Below, piece by piece: positions 34,220-42,331 of a stretch of 42,331 bases of DNA. The translations under genes were made by a program, and so were the position numbers. The number at the start of each line of letters is the position of its first letter. Within the stretch, counting starts at the first letter, position 1. The notes beneath the pieces were generated by a model. That model worked only from the letters and a program-made list of their open reading frames with translations, searched no databases and was not told the origin of the DNA. This stretch comes from Eledone cirrhosa (taxonomy: Eukaryota), in assembly GCA_964016885.1 (NCBI GenBank), contig CAXHJY010001668.1, positions 1 through 42,331 of the forward strand, given 5' to 3'.

Positions 34220-36574
34220 ACTATATATATATATTATAACTATATATTATAAATATATATTATATATATATATATAATAACTATATATTATAAATATATA
34301 TATATATTATAACTATATATTATAAATATATATTATATATATATATATAATAACTATATATTATAAATATATATATATATTATATATATATATATATATT
34401 ATAACTATATATATATATATATTATAACAATATATATATATATATTATAAATATATATATATATATAACTATATATATATATATATATTATAAATATATA
34501 TATATATATATTATAAATATATATATATCATAAATATATATATATCATATATATATATATATATATATTATAAATATATATATATCATATATATATATAT
34601 ATATATATATAAATATATATATATCATATATATATATATTATAAATATATATATATATTATATATATATAAATATATATATATATTATATATATATATAT
34701 ATGTATTATAAATATATATATATATATATATATTATAATATATATATATATATATTATAAATATATATATATATATCATATATATATATATTATAAATAT
34801 ATATATATATATATATTATGAATATATATATATATATTATAAATATATATATATATATCATATATATATATATTATAAATATATATATATATTATATATA
34901 TATAAATATATTATATATATATATATATATGTATTATAAATATATATATATATATATATTATAAATATATATATATATATTATAAATATATATATATATA
35001 TATTTATAATAAATATATATATATATATATTTATAATATATATATATTTATAATATATATATATATATATATTATAAATATATTTATAATATATATATAT
35101 TTATAATATATATATATATATATTATAAATATATATATCTTATAAATATATATATTATAAATATATATATATATATATCTTATAAATATATATATATATA
35201 TATCTTATAAATACATATATATATATATATATTATAAATATAAATATATATATATATATTATAAATATATATATATATATATATATTATAAATATATATA
35301 TATATATAAATATTTATAATATATATATATATATATATATTATAAATATATATATATATATATATTATAACTATATATGTATATATATATTATAACTATA
35401 TATATATTATAAATATATATATATATATATTATAAATATATATATATATCATATATATATATATATATTATAAATATATATATATATTATATATATATAT
35501 ATTATAAATATATATATATATTATATATATATATATATATTATAAATATATATATATATTATATATATATATATATTATATATATATATATTATAAATAT
35601 ATATATATTATATATATATATATATATATTATAAATATATATATATATATATTATAAATATATATATATATATATATATATTTATAATAAATATATATAT
35701 ATATATATTTATAATATATATATATTATAATATATATATATATTTATAATATATATATATATTTATAATATATATATATATATATTATAAATATATTTAT
35801 ATATATATATATATAATAAATATATATATATTATAAATATATATATTATAAATATATATATCTTATAAATATATATATTATAAATATATATATATATATA
35901 TATATCTTATAAATATATATATTATAAAATATATATATATATATATATCTTATAAATATATATATTATAAATATATATATATATATATCTTATAAATATA
36001 TATATTATAAATATATATATCTTATAAATATATATATTATATATATATTATAAATATATATATATATTATAAATATATATATATATTATAAATATATATA
36101 TATATATATATTATAAATAAATATATATATATATATTATAAATAAATATATATATATATATATATTATAAATATATATATATATATATATTATAAATATA
36201 TATATATATTATAAATATTATATATATATATATATTATATAATATATATATATTATAATAAATATATATATATATATATTATAAATAAACATATATATAT
36301 ATTATAAATAAACATATATATATATATATATTATAAATATATATATATTATAAATATATATATATTATAAATATAAATATATATATATTATAAATATATA
36401 TATATATATATATATTATAAATATATATATATATTATAAATATATATATATATTATAAATATATATATATATTATAAATATATATATATATTATAAGTAT
36501 ATATATATGTATATATATATTATAAGTATATATATATTATAAATATATATATATATATATTATAAATATATATA
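30167..36574. repeat. About 6.4 kb of TTATAAA(TA)n satellite-like array
   Basis: Repeating T(T/C)A(T/C)AAA(TA)n units of variable length. Confidence 0.97.
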
Positions 36575-37160
36575 CCTGTTTCCCTTCGATTATTGATCCT
36601 AAGTTTTAATTACTTGATCGAGAGGGCATCCTTAATTCTCAGAGTACCGATACTGCGTTTCGGTAGTTAAGATTGTGGTGGTAATGCTGTCCAGGTTTCC
36701 GCATTTGATGAGTGTTTGCCGAAGGAAGAAGAGTTAGTGTTAACTTGCTCTTTAATACGGAGATATAACGGTTGAATAGTGCTGCCTATGTAAAATAGAT
36801 TGCACTTGTTACATTCTAGCTTGTATACTAGGTAGGCACGTAGGCAACAACTAGTGTTGCGGATAGGGCGATTGGCTAGGGTGCATCTGTTATCCTCGTT
36901 GGGGGGTTGGGGAGGAGGGGGGGTTGTCTTGTGGAGAAGCATCTTCGCCGGGAATGCCCAGGGGTCTGGGGAGGAGAAGGAAGCTGGGTAGCCGTTAATT
37001 TTTAGTAACTTGCGTAATCGTCTGATATGGATGGCGTCTCTGCATCGGTTGCGTATGCAAGCCATTCCGTTGAAGATGTACCCTCTTTTAGAGCTGTTGG
37101 GAAGGGCAGATTTATAATGCACAAACACGATACGGATAAGTAGGGTTTGAAACTGGAGTG
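36575..37160 (-). mobile_element. PLE fragment of a different lineage from 16697: RT thumb plus GIY-YIG
   Basis: FVHYKSALPNSSK...LLKINGYP (thumb); CCLRAYLVYKLECNKCNLFYIGSTIQPLYLRIKEQ (GIY-YIG); after frameshifts LRIKDALSIK*LKLRINNRRE, ending at (TA)n. Confidence 0.85.
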
Positions 37161-37271
37161 ACATTCTGATCTTTGAGCTACACACACACAATCGAGTAAC
37201 GTTACTCCACAGACCCTTCGGTGGAACCCCATTTCTGTCACTGGTATTGGCGATCGTAGTTAAATTACAAA

Positions 37272-37404
37272 CCTCATATTGTGTCAGATGAGTGGACTTG
37301 AATAATGCGGAATAAAAATATCTTGCTCAAGAGATAACCTACCACAGGAAATCGAAGTCAGGAACATAAGATCGTGAACTGAACTCAGGAACCACTAAAC
37401 TACG
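37272..37404 (-). mobile_element. Old tRNA-derived SINE
   Basis: Reverse complement has an A-box-like CGTAGTTTAGTGGTT, a B-box-like ACTTCGATTTCC, then CTTGAGCAAGATA...AGTCCACTCATCTG, resembling a conserved SINE central domain. Confidence 0.6.
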
Positions 37405-37599
37405 TCCTTTCACTCATTACTGATAATGTCAATAATTGCTTTATACTAATTAAAACCTTGCATGTTCTAACTTAAATCATTTAAAAGGTGAAATATTCTC
37501 TTTCGAGTTAGACATCGCTTGAATGATGTTATTAACTAAACGAGAATAATTAAGATTTAATCATTAGAATACACTAGTCTTTAATTTTAGTGTCGCTAG

Positions 37600-41920
<4,321 letters not shown>

Positions 41921-41962
41921 CGAGGACGGTTGGAGGGTCACTGATGAAGGACTCACTTTTTC

Positions 41963-41995
<33 letters not shown>

Positions 41996-42284
41996 TGAAC
42001 AGAAATGTGAATGTTCTACTCTTCAAGTGGATTAGGTGTAAAGGGGAAATGTTTAATATATGCTAATGTGTTTACTGACAATATTAATAGCGGCAGGAAA
42101 AGAAAAACTATTTTATTTATTTAAGAATATTTCCAGCAAGAATCTGAAACTAAAAAATTTAAAAGTGTTGTTACATCCGTGGGGAAGAAGCAGACTGTGT
42201 CAAACTTGAGATGAGGTAGAGAGGGCGGGATTTCTACCTGTTATAATGCTAAACATCGAATACAGCTGATAGGCTTACAATGTA

Positions 42285-42326
42285 CTGGCAAAATCGATAG
42301 AGCGTCGGGCAACAGTCTTAGTAGCA
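42285..42326 (+). mobile_element. Possible eroded 5' head of an octopus-type SINE
   Basis: CTGGCAAAATCGATAGAGCGTCGGGCAACAGTCTTAGTAGCAT resembles the recalled head CTGGCAGAATCGTTAGCACGCCGGGCAAAATGCTTAGCGGCAT. Confidence 0.4.
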
Positions 42327-42331
42327 TAGAG

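Noticed and set aside
42211-42240. let-7-like hairpin starting TGAGGTAG
   Set aside because: Only the first 8 nt match and the stem is 7 bp, far too short for a pre-miRNA.

Overview
Eukaryotic, extremely AT-rich, gene-poor DNA, probably an octopus or other coleoid cephalopod (inferred from recalled SINE and RTE tail motifs, not from a search). More than half of the window is interrupted (TA)n microsatellite, and nearly all ORFs in the supplied track are microsatellite artefacts. No host gene could be identified. The non-(TA)n islands are mostly transposon relics: RTE-clade LINE pieces, an L1/Tx1-like piece, three Penelope-like element (PLE) pieces, tRNA-derived SINE pieces, a Helitron head-to-tail junction, a hAT end and several minisatellites. 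The main finding is a set of non-coding elements carrying type I hammerhead ribozyme (HHR) motifs and embedded in (TA)n. The best example is a near-identical array of about 2.9 x 310 bp (15696-16627). It has one minimal HHR per unit on the minus strand, extensive internal hairpins and a fold-back inversion at its 5' end, and it lies beside a PLE GIY-YIG fragment. This fits a young retrozyme-like (non-autonomous PLE) array that could release 309-310 nt circular RNAs. Other HHR motifs occur at 1731, 17312, 25067, 25385/25520 (in a 252-bp palindrome), 26405 and 28215. All structures were read by eye; none has been folded computationally or tested.
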